From Trypanosoma brucei (Eukaryota): a stretch of 64,000 nucleotides of DNA. A program made the translations under genes and the position numbers. The DNA lies in assembly GCA_000002445.1 (NCBI GenBank), contig CP000069.1, positions 352,001 to 416,000 of the forward strand, in the 5' to 3' direction. Below the pieces are notes generated by a model. That model saw only the letters and a program-made list of their open reading frames with translations. It did not search any database and was not told the origin of the DNA. Positions 32,781-41,447 of the stretch are shown one piece after another (position 1 is the first letter of the stretch; each line of letters begins with the position of its first letter).

Positions 32781-35723
32781 CTATGCCTGGAAAATGTATC
32801 GGACACACTCCATCAGCACATCTATGAGGGACTCCCCGGAAGAACTACCGGGTACAGTCCCCAAATTTCTATTTGATCTACCATGTGCACCGGCATATGG
32901 TTCGCCATGCAGCCACCTCTCTTCCTCCACTTCGCCATGTAACCCGAAACTCAGATTCATCGTTCTCTTGTTGTTTCCACCACCACCAACGCTCCTCTTG
33001 TGCATTTCACCCGGGGTAGTGGTGACTCCCGTTCCAGTTCTACTTGAATTAGTGCCGAGAAGTTGTGACTTCAAATAGTCTGCGATTCGGCATCGTACCC
33101 GCTGGCGCATCGCCTGGGGAATTGCTTTCCCGAAGCTAAAAGAAGCACTGATGTCACTACACGTGAATGAATTCGACTGGCACAAAGCCTCCCACCCACC
33201 GTTGACTCCAAGAAAATTTCGCGTAATGTCATCGCAAGCAGCACGCAGAATGTTCTCCCTTTCGCTTAACGCATCTTGCGGTGGGCTATCATAGGTAAGT
33301 CTAACTCTGTGATTCTTCTCTTTGGTGTTTTGAGAAGCTGCACGAGTAACGTACCTGTCGCCAACCACAGTAGCGTATGACTCTAGCTCATGGATGAATT
33401 CCACGAGCTCCGCTACCACACGCGCTACCCCTCGCTGAATAACCCACTGCTGTCGCTTGTTGCCCTCTGCAGCAGCGGCAAAAGCGCTACTCATGCGGCG
33501 GCGGTGCGTACTTTCCAGCTTCCGCAGGGTTTCTCTTTGCATGTCTTCCAGAGTTGCTATTTGCCGCTGCTGTTTTTGCTGTTGTTTTTCCACACGCTCC
33601 ATCAGCATCTTCCGGTCTTTAACCATTGCACAGTATTTGCGACGTTTAGCCTGCAACTGTTCCTCCAGCTCGGTAGTGCGCGCTAAAGCCTCATTCAGCC
33701 TGGCTTCAATACAGTTGTACTCACACGCAGGTGATTGAGGCGCGGTAAACCTCGCAGTGTGGGCATCAGCACGTTGTTCTTGTAAAGCGGTTGGCTGTGC
33801 TGCTGCAAGTAATACTTCCTGCTTCACTACTGTATTATGAAGAGGCAATCGCGCCGGACGTGTCACCCGGCTCCCATCCTTCATGTTCTGCACAGGAGGC
33901 CGACGATCCTGCCTTACGGGTTCTGACACATTCGTTTCGAGACGCTTCCTATTTTGTTCCTCATTCAGCTTAATTTGTTGCTTTAACATGCGGCACTCAA
34001 CATTTCTTCGACTGAGTTTATTCTGAAGAGCCTGCAACACCTTGGCTATCTGCTTCTCAAACAAAACATGGCGGCGGGACTCTTCTCCCGCCGCTGTGGC
34101 CCTTTCCTCCTTAACCTGCTGCAGCTCCGAACATGCTTCTCGAAACTGCTCCTGTGCGCGCAACAACGCCGCCTGTGCTCTCTCCTCTGCTTCTTCTTGT
34201 TGCTGCTGCTTCTCATCCAACTCCCGTTGCAACTGCTGAATGTGTACACGTTGCACAGCAGCCCTCTCGTCCGCGATTTGTTGCTGCTCGAGTAGTTCCT
34301 TTCGCGCGCTGACGGACAGCTGCTGGAGTTGAGTTCGTAGCCGTTCCCGCTCGGCAGACAACATCTGTTCACGTCCTTCGCTATCACTAAGACGTCTTTC
34401 CAGGGTGGCTACCATACTCTCCAGTTGCTTCCGGGTGCCATACATACTTCGCTCCGCTTCCGTGTGAAAGTGTGCGTGGAATGTTAGTTCTGTTTCGTCT
34501 TCACAGTTTTCCTCGTCTTCTGCTTCGAGGTACTCTTTATTCCGGAGCCGCTCCAGTGATGCACGCAGAATGACTGTCTCCTCCCGAGCCGCCTGGAGAC
34601 TGGCTCTAAGATGCGCTTGCTCTTCTGACATGTCTGCTATTCTTTGCTCGTTAACTTCGAAGGTGACTGTTAGCGTGGCATGGTTAACAGTCAACTGCTG
34701 TAATTCCTCTTGTAGCAATTTCGCCTCATTAGTAGCTTCTCGACCAGCAGCTTCGGCCTCCTCATACAGCTTCTTATATCGTTTCAGCTTCTTTTGGTTC
34801 TCTTCCCGTTCACGGATCAAAACTTCCTCAGCTTCGCGAGTGGACTCCCTGTACTGTAACTCGCATTTCTTCCTCAACTCCCGCTCACCCGCAAGATTGC
34901 TTTCCATTTGTTGCAACGCCGCCCGCAACGACCGCACCTCATCCACAAGTGTGGAAAACTCTTGCATTTCTTCATGAATGTACTGTAAGTCCGCTGTATA
35001 CTTTTCCTCACGCTCCTCAGCCTCTCGCCGCGCCTCCGAAAGCTGCGTTATTAGCTTTTTATTTTGCGCGTTCAAAGAGGTGATGTCAGCCTGCTGCTCA
35101 CGTGAGGCGCTTGCTGTCTGCTTTGAGGCGGTATCCGTTTCATTGCAGTCACGAAGTTGTTGGAGTAACAGACGCTTTTCCTCCCGTAACCCTGCAACCT
35201 CACCCTGTAGATGCGCTAATTCCAGGTCCCGTTGCTTCAGGGTATTGGCTTGTTCACGAAGCAAGTCATCTTTACGCTGAAGCGCCGTAAGTATGAGCTC
35301 AGCCATACTCTCATCATGTTCCGCTTTTGCCTCACCCCACCCCCTTTCGTTCTCATTTTCATTCCGTCCCCTTTCCGCCACCGTATACCGCCCACCACTG
35401 TATTCACTCGTCTCGTCCCCACTCACATTCGGTGAGCGAATCTCACTTCCGCAGAATTGTGATGAAACACAGGCACTATCATCCATGTTTATGGCTACCC
35501 CTTCAGTCACGGAATCGGGGCTGAACTCGTTGGAAGCCGGCATATCGGTAAAAATACCGTTTGAGTGACACGCAGGAGGGCGAGGTAGGAGGTTAGGAGG
35601 GAGGTACCGATATTGTTGATGTAGCGACGTTGGCTGCACACCTTGACGACAATCACGACTATGTTTGGATACGTTTCGTACATCATGTGAGCCCGATGGA
35701 AAATCCACCTCGTCCATTGCCAT
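32781..35723 (-). CDS. coiled-coil protein (~980 aa)
   Basis: The first codon of the track ORF at 35744 is GTG. The start was moved to the ATG at 35723-35721 (MAMDEVDF...). Most of the protein is heptad-like, E/Q/L/R/K-rich sequence (ELAHLQGEVAGLREEKRLLLQQLRD..., LQQLSVSARKELLEQQQIADERAAVQRVHIQQLQRELDEKQQQQEEAEERAQ), typical of long coiled coils. Confidence 0.55.
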   Translation of the reverse strand: MAMDEVDFPSGSHDVRNVSKHSRDCRQGVQPTSLHQQYRYLPPNLLPRPPACHSNGIFTDMPASNEFSPDSVTEGVAINMDDSACVSSQFCGSEIRSPNVSGDETSEYSGGRYTVAERGRNENENERGWGEAKAEHDESMAELILTALQRKDDLLREQANTLKQRDLELAHLQGEVAGLREEKRLLLQQLRDCNETDTASKQTASASREQQADITSLNAQNKKLITQLSEARREAEEREEKYTADLQYIHEEMQEFSTLVDEVRSLRAALQQMESNLAGERELRKKCELQYRESTREAEEVLIREREENQKKLKRYKKLYEEAEAAGREATNEAKLLQEELQQLTVNHATLTVTFEVNEQRIADMSEEQAHLRASLQAAREETVILRASLERLRNKEYLEAEDEENCEDETELTFHAHFHTEAERSMYGTRKQLESMVATLERRLSDSEGREQMLSAERERLRTQLQQLSVSARKELLEQQQIADERAAVQRVHIQQLQRELDEKQQQQEEAEERAQAALLRAQEQFREACSELQQVKEERATAAGEESRRHVLFEKQIAKVLQALQNKLSRRNVECRMLKQQIKLNEEQNRKRLETNVSEPVRQDRRPPVQNMKDGSRVTRPARLPLHNTVVKQEVLLAAAQPTALQEQRADAHTARFTAPQSPACEYNCIEARLNEALARTTELEEQLQAKRRKYCAMVKDRKMLMERVEKQQQKQQRQIATLEDMQRETLRKLESTHRRRMSSAFAAAAEGNKRQQWVIQRGVARVVAELVEFIHELESYATVVGDRYVTRAASQNTKEKNHRVRLTYDSPPQDALSERENILRAACDDITRNFLGVNGGWEALCQSNSFTCSDISASFSFGKAIPQAMRQRVRCRIADYLKSQLLGTNSSRTGTGVTTTPGEMHKRSVGGGGNNKRTMNLSFGLHGEVEEERWLHGEPYAGAHGRSNRNLGTVPGSSSGESLIDVLMECVRYIFQA

Positions 35724-36040
35724 CGGAAGCACCCCTCCGGGCACCTTCGGCTGCCTTTCTCCCTTTGTCGCAGTTTCCGATAGCTACAAGAGAAAAAGCG
35801 AATAACATTCATATTTATATGGGAAAAGCTGTAGGTTAGAACTGGTTCCCCCCCATGGAAGACATCTACTGTCACGTGGAAAACAAAACAAAAACACAGA
35901 TAAGCATTTATTCGAGGTTTCCTCCAAAACTCAGCGCTCACACACTAAGTCCACACGACTTGGCGCTCGAAACTAAAGTTTTCCCCTCGGATGCGTGCAT
36001 AAAAAAAAAGGTTTAACCGCGGACCCTCTTCCTTCCACAG

Positions 36041-37675
36041 CTAGTCGACTGGTGAGGCCTCATTGAGAAATTTGAATACGTGTCTGTAGCACATAAGCAA
36101 TTCTCGTTTCGTCGCTGAGCGCCGCGATGCTGCGAGGTGCGCTTGCATGTAGCGAAGAAGCGGCTTCCTTGACGAAAGAAGCGACAAGAAAACTGTTTCA
36201 TCATCGTAGCCCATCCGCAGGAGCTTCCCCACTTCCTTTATGCTGTCATCACCAATATTACGATTACCGTTTACCCGTACGTTGTTTCCACCATTGCATA
36301 TAAACCGCGATAAGATGCCGTTTTTATCTTTGCAGTGTTTACGCCCTGCAAAATATTGTGAAACTTCGTCAGTTTGTTTGTACACGAAGTGCCTGCAGTT
36401 TGAAGAGCCGCAACGGCAGACAACAAAGTACTTCTTCAGTGCATTTTCACCATAAAAAAGTGGTGCCACTCTGTGCGAGTAGCTAATCGTCAACTCGGAG
36501 CCCGCTGGCACATCACGGGTGGTGAAGAAACTATTCGCATCCCCGAAGTACGGAAAGTTTTCTATTCGACTCAAGACTTCCTTACATTCGGAATATTCAC
36601 CTGTTGCAGCAGCCGCCGGCCAAAATTCTTTCGAAAGCCCACAGCAGCAATTGGGTTCACAACTATGGTTCATGAGATGGTGTGGCAGCGGTTGAGTGAC
36701 AAGCTCCATTAATGAACCTGTTGGGTGCGTGTAGTGAAATGTGTCTGGCAACCGCGTGTGCGTATCGCCAAGTAATAGCACCAACTGGGCGGCGTCCATA
36801 TATGTGCGCTGTGGGGCAACTACCACCCGAGTGCCGCGTGGTAACGCCTTTGTCGTGAAGAGTCCCCTGCTGTGGATGGGGCTACTTCCCACCCGAATAC
36901 AATCAAGTGTCGTGCCCTGCAGGAGGCCCCGAAAGTAGGGCGTTCCGTTTAAATTTTCCAAAAAAATATTTTCAGCCGAAACGGTCCCGCTGTTATCACT
37001 GGCGGTGAGCGACTCCCGCGAGTTGGCGCATTCCGCCTGATGAACAGTTGTGGTGGAAAGCGCTGCCGCTTGCGCGTAGGCCCCTGCAGCAATAAGCTGC
37101 TGTATTGAAGCTTCAACGTCCATAGGGGAAGACAAGGATGTCCGCAGCAGAACCGGCGACGGTGTTGCCGATGTTGAGTTGCCTCCTGATGTCGATAGTG
37201 GCGGCGCTACACTATACCGCGTATAAAAGGAGACACGCCCCATAGTGTAGCCAACATAGGCCATGGCGTTCAGTATGCCGTAGGTTATGGGGCCGACAAG
37301 GGGCATTGCCAAAGCCCCCAGCACAAATGCAGAAAGGCGTAAAGACGATGCGGCAGCATGTGGCTGAGGTGGTTGCATCACACCTTCGTCCAGCGATTCC
37401 CACGAGCCACATGACACTGCTTCCCCCTCAGAGGATGCAACAAACAAGTCAGGGAACATCAGCTGCTCTCGGTCTGCATAATTGGTGCGCTTTGTACGGC
37501 GCGGCAATCTCTGAGATTTGGGCTTCTCCGAGTCCGATCCAGATAAAGAGGTAACAGCACAACCCGAACAAAGCCTATTACACAATAAATGGGTGGTCGT
37601 GACGGTATTTAATCTCTGTAATACACTCTTCCGGTTTGCTGTTATTCGTCCCCCAACTACACCACCAAGTACCAT
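36041..37675 (-). CDS. SET-domain protein lysine methyltransferase with post-SET Cys cluster and N-terminal hydrophobic segments
   Basis: The first codon of the track ORF at 37768 is GTG, and the first ATG is at 37675, so the start is uncertain. The SET signatures are IHSRGLFTTKALPRGTRVV (GxG region), MNHSCEPNC (NHSC motif) and DVPAGSELTISY (ELTxxY), followed by the post-SET CRCGSSNCR. A hydrophobic stretch LGALAMPLVGPITYGILNAMAYVGYTMG lies upstream of the SET domain. Confidence 0.75.
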   Translation of the reverse strand: MVLGGVVGGRITANRKSVLQRLNTVTTTHLLCNRLCSGCAVTSLSGSDSEKPKSQRLPRRTKRTNYADREQLMFPDLFVASSEGEAVSCGSWESLDEGVMQPPQPHAAASSLRLSAFVLGALAMPLVGPITYGILNAMAYVGYTMGRVSFYTRYSVAPPLSTSGGNSTSATPSPVLLRTSLSSPMDVEASIQQLIAAGAYAQAAALSTTTVHQAECANSRESLTASDNSGTVSAENIFLENLNGTPYFRGLLQGTTLDCIRVGSSPIHSRGLFTTKALPRGTRVVVAPQRTYMDAAQLVLLLGDTHTRLPDTFHYTHPTGSLMELVTQPLPHHLMNHSCEPNCCCGLSKEFWPAAAATGEYSECKEVLSRIENFPYFGDANSFFTTRDVPAGSELTISYSHRVAPLFYGENALKKYFVVCRCGSSNCRHFVYKQTDEVSQYFAGRKHCKDKNGILSRFICNGGNNVRVNGNRNIGDDSIKEVGKLLRMGYDDETVFLSLLSSRKPLLRYMQAHLAASRRSATKRELLMCYRHVFKFLNEASPVD

Positions 37676-37985
37676 ATTAGGTCCACCTGCCCCACACCCC
37701 TTTCTTCCTATTACACATATCAGTGCAAAAACAAAAAAACAAGCATCAGGTATCGTCGTGACAAGCACAGAAACGTGGCAAAGGCAAAATGTTCAGTCGA
37801 CACCTGATGTATCCTTTTGTTTTGGTCTTGTTAGGTTCCACCCGTCACTCCACTCACGCCTTGGAAGTGGCTGACGAACTGACGATACGGTGGCTGCCAC
37901 CTCAAAATATGAGACGGAGCCCAAGGAAGGGGGAATGCAACGTAATGCAGCGATGTGAAGACCATATGATGAAGCAATCAAGTGC

Positions 37986-40900
37986 TCAGAAAAGCACATC
38001 GGGCCCATGCCCTTGCTTCGTGTTAACACCTTTTGTCACCTGTAGGGATCTTGAAAGTGTGCCTTTCTCAGGCTCAGCGGCTCCTCCCACCTGCGAAGTG
38101 GCGTTGAAATCGCACGCAGCATGCGCATGAAAGTTGCGTATGTCAACTCGATGGCGCCGTAACAACTCAGCGAGGTTCGGTGAAGGCAAATAACTGGGTA
38201 GTACGGTGGGAATGAGAAAGAGTTTTTCATTCGTTCCGCCGGTGTTAACTCTTGGCACCCCTTTTGTTGGTATAATTGTCCCATCGACGTCCCCCATGGC
38301 CACCAGAGTGCTGGGTGGGGAGAGAAACTGGCAGCCGATATCACGGAGTAGATTTTCTATCGACTGGCCGCGGCGAGAAGCCACGAGCCTCGCTAACAAT
38401 TCCGCTCCTGGGCAATGTCCCACCGCCGCCGCTGCCGCTGGAGGTCTCAATTGTGGTTGTTGAGCGTTAGACCACGCGTTAAGTTTTGCGACCACCCGTT
38501 GAATGTAATCGGCGAAACTCACAACATTTCGCAAAGAGTTTTGGTACTCATGCAACACAATCAGCAGTGTACTCTGAACTACCTCATCCACAGATGGTGC
38601 GTCGTCGTCCAACACTACCTTTAGAATTCCCCTCCTCGTTTGCCGCCCCTTCCCGCCGCTGCCACTGTACGTACACTGCGGGCACACATCGGACACAACG
38701 CACCAATGCAAACTTTCCTCCTCACAAGCACCTCCCGCATCGTCTTTACGACATCGGTTCCCACTTTCGCTAGATTGATCGGTTGCCGTGCCGCCTGCCT
38801 CGCACTCATCATCAGCATCGACGGGTACGCCTCGCCACGGCTTTCCGGCATAAACCCTCATAACACTCTTCAGTTTCTGCACACTCAATGGAGTTGGAAA
38901 GCGCCACACTCCCCAATCATGTAGCATCACTGCATGCGCTCGTGTATGCGCGGTGTTCGTCAGTAGAGCGGCGTCAAAACCAGTGGAGGCAGCGGCAAGA
39001 TATCCTGCGAGAACAAACAGCGAGGGCGGCAATTCACTACCTGCGGGTTCAGTGGAGGCGCCAGGGCGCTCAGTGTCCAAAACCCAGACATGTAACGCTT
39101 GCAGCGTCATACCACTATCTTTTATTGGCGCTGCGCGAGTTACTGTGTAGGAGGGAGCATTTCCTATAAGCGTGCCCGCAACGGCCATCGGCAGCATCGC
39201 TGTCCCCCCTTCACCACGTGGTCGCCATTGTAGAGCGTTAAGAAACGACAAGGGGGATACATTACAGGATCTAAGTTCAACCGCCACATCGCTACGACTG
39301 ATGCTACTGACACTATTAGTCCCCCTCTTACGTAGTAGAAGGTCAGATAACGTGCCGCTACAGAAAGATCCCACCCACTCACGCCGCATACCGAACTGCA
39401 CAGCAAAGGAAAGTCGAGTAAGGTGGGTTACGCTCCGACAGTGATGATGGAAGCTTTTTTCCCGAAACCACAAATTGTGGCACACATAGCAGTAATAATC
39501 CTTATTACAAGGTGCTGTTTCCCCCTCCTCCGTTTCACAGCTGTGGTACTCGTGTTGAGAGGACCTCACAGTTGGCAAAGTTACCTTCCATTGAACCGCT
39601 CCAGTGAAGGTCACACGATGTATGCTTAGCAGTGCGTGTTGTTCGTCACTACCATCACTATTCACTCCACTGCTACTCACATCTTCATCAACACCGGGCG
39701 CAGGTACAGGCTCGCCTGACAAGATGACACCGTTACCAGTTGAACGGCAGATGCTACAGTCCTCATGGTCAGCATCGGCGGCTGCAGCCGCAATCGGTTT
39801 GGGAAAAAATTCTTCATAGCCCATACGCCGTGCGTCACTAAGAAGAAGGGAATGCTCCCGACCGTAGCTATCGTGCCATGTTACACAGGTATCAGATGCA
39901 GCAGAGGAATCTCCCTCAGTTTCTGTAAAGCGGAGACTAAACGTACGGTTGACCGTCCTTACACCCGGAACTGGAAGTGAACGATCCAAAGAAGCTACTT
40001 TTTCATGAGCCTCTGCCCGCCGAATCGATTCCGTCTCCCCATCGTTTCTGTCCTGCTCACCTGGTAAACGTACGGCTGATGACGCCGGTGGTGATGTGGG
40101 AGGCAGCATTGCCACCAGCCGTGTTAGTATATTCTGAATTGACACCAAAAGACTTATTCCAATAGGAGCTAATACAACCGCAGCCAAATTTCTTCCCTTT
40201 TCCGCTTCCATTAACCCTGCGGGGTCACAAGGCAGTGCGACCGCCGATAACAACCGGTCCTCTTCCTTACCTGAGTTGCCGCCTCTTCTGTCTCCATCCA
40301 CAGACCCATTAACCTCGCTACCAAATCGAACGACACCTGAACGCCTCGTGGAAAAAAGTTCAATCTGTTGAACATTGGTATCGGCTAGATATGGCGTAAT
40401 GACGTCGCGCAGCACCTCTGGTGTCAGGCGTTCAAGTAAACTCTGCTGATGCCGCTGGTCGCTGTGTAGCTCCACCGAAAAGGAGCATGTACGGTCTGCA
40501 TCCTCCTGCAGGGCACCAAGGTTACGCAGCATCCGCCTCTGGTGTGCACGGTGGGATGCATCCTCGCCACGCATGGTGTTCCTTGCAAATGCGGCTACGA
40601 AAGCTGCGCAAAGCCGGTCTTGTACGTGTCCAAATGTAAGCAGCGGTTTCTTGGACCTCTGATTCTGCTTTGGAGCCCTGGGCAATTGCGGTTGAAGTTT
40701 TCGGATAAGTTGTTCATCTTGTGTATACCATTGTGTCATAGTCCGGTGCTGTGATGAAGGACGGTGGGCGGAATGCTCAAGCGCGCAACGGTGAAGCCGC
40801 AGCAACGAATTGGCAAGTAGAACACGGTACGATTCAGGGAAGGTGGAGAGCACAAGCTGCTTAATAAGTGAGGCGCTGGGGCGGCGTTCCACCCTGTCAT

Positions 40901-41447
40901 GCTCACCATATAGCGCAAATACGTCATCTTTATCGCCACCCCCCACACCACTAGTGACAGCTTTTTCCTTATTCACAGTTTCATGTGAGTCGGAACCCTG
41001 TGTGACAAGTCTCCACAGGCGTAACGCGCACTGTGCCACGCTGCTATCTACAGTGCGAAGTGCCCTACCGTTCACGCGAAATTTTCGAAAAAAGGCCACC
41101 ACATCCGCACTGCTAGTACATGCGTACCATTCATAAAGGATTGAAAGCAGCATGAGTGGTTCACTCAGAGTGTGCCCACTGGTGCTTTTGCCCCTCTCTC
41201 CGATTTTAGAAGCTGTACTCCGCTGAATCAGAAGTGACTGCAAGTATTGTGCTGCTGGTGCACCTTCGCAGCTTTTGGAATCCCCAACCTGGACAGACAC
41301 GCGTGGATAGAGAAGTAACGCCGGAACAGTCATTGCGCAGGCGATAAGTATCGCATCCTCGATGCAGGCAAACTGCAAAGCATAGTACAACATTAATGCT
41401 TGCTCATGAGGTATGGGGGAAGTATGAGACAAACTCCCCCTTTGCGG
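37986..41447 (-). CDS. C-terminal part (HA2/ratchet-like region plus long extension) of the DEAH-box helicase, separated from the upstream ORF by an apparent frameshift
   Basis: The frame is open from the stop at 41448-41450 and the track start codon is TTG. The N-terminal residues IPHEQALMLYYALQFACIEDAILIACAMTVPALL...GHTLSEPLMLLSILYEWY resemble the HA2 domain of DHX helicases (LSKMLIAS..GCSEEILTIVSMLSV..GDHLTLLNVYNQW). That domain normally follows the winged-helix domain found at the end of ORF 41404..44370. Confidence 0.6.
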   Translation of the reverse strand, partial: PQRGSLSHTSPIPHEQALMLYYALQFACIEDAILIACAMTVPALLLYPRVSVQVGDSKSCEGAPAAQYLQSLLIQRSTASKIGERGKSTSGHTLSEPLMLLSILYEWYACTSSADVVAFFRKFRVNGRALRTVDSSVAQCALRLWRLVTQGSDSHETVNKEKAVTSGVGGGDKDDVFALYGEHDRVERRPSASLIKQLVLSTFPESYRVLLANSLLRLHRCALEHSAHRPSSQHRTMTQWYTQDEQLIRKLQPQLPRAPKQNQRSKKPLLTFGHVQDRLCAAFVAAFARNTMRGEDASHRAHQRRMLRNLGALQEDADRTCSFSVELHSDQRHQQSLLERLTPEVLRDVITPYLADTNVQQIELFSTRRSGVVRFGSEVNGSVDGDRRGGNSGKEEDRLLSAVALPCDPAGLMEAEKGRNLAAVVLAPIGISLLVSIQNILTRLVAMLPPTSPPASSAVRLPGEQDRNDGETESIRRAEAHEKVASLDRSLPVPGVRTVNRTFSLRFTETEGDSSAASDTCVTWHDSYGREHSLLLSDARRMGYEEFFPKPIAAAAADADHEDCSICRSTGNGVILSGEPVPAPGVDEDVSSSGVNSDGSDEQHALLSIHRVTFTGAVQWKVTLPTVRSSQHEYHSCETEEGETAPCNKDYYCYVCHNLWFREKSFHHHCRSVTHLTRLSFAVQFGMRREWVGSFCSGTLSDLLLRKRGTNSVSSISRSDVAVELRSCNVSPLSFLNALQWRPRGEGGTAMLPMAVAGTLIGNAPSYTVTRAAPIKDSGMTLQALHVWVLDTERPGASTEPAGSELPPSLFVLAGYLAAASTGFDAALLTNTAHTRAHAVMLHDWGVWRFPTPLSVQKLKSVMRVYAGKPWRGVPVDADDECEAGGTATDQSSESGNRCRKDDAGGACEEESLHWCVVSDVCPQCTYSGSGGKGRQTRRGILKVVLDDDAPSVDEVVQSTLLIVLHEYQNSLRNVVSFADYIQRVVAKLNAWSNAQQPQLRPPAAAAAVGHCPGAELLARLVASRRGQSIENLLRDIGCQFLSPPSTLVAMGDVDGTIIPTKGVPRVNTGGTNEKLFLIPTVLPSYLPSPNLAELLRRHRVDIRNFHAHAACDFNATSQVGGAAEPEKGTLSRSLQVTKGVNTKQGHGPDVLF

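Noticed and set aside
41404-41432. Genuine gene overlap or a second independent gene starting at 41432 or 41393
   Set aside because: The track start at 41432 is TTG, not ATG, and the first ATG (41393) is only ~10 nt beyond the helicase stop. There is no room for trans-splicing and polyadenylation signals, and the downstream N-terminus continues the helicase HA2 domain. This is interpreted as one gene with a frameshift.
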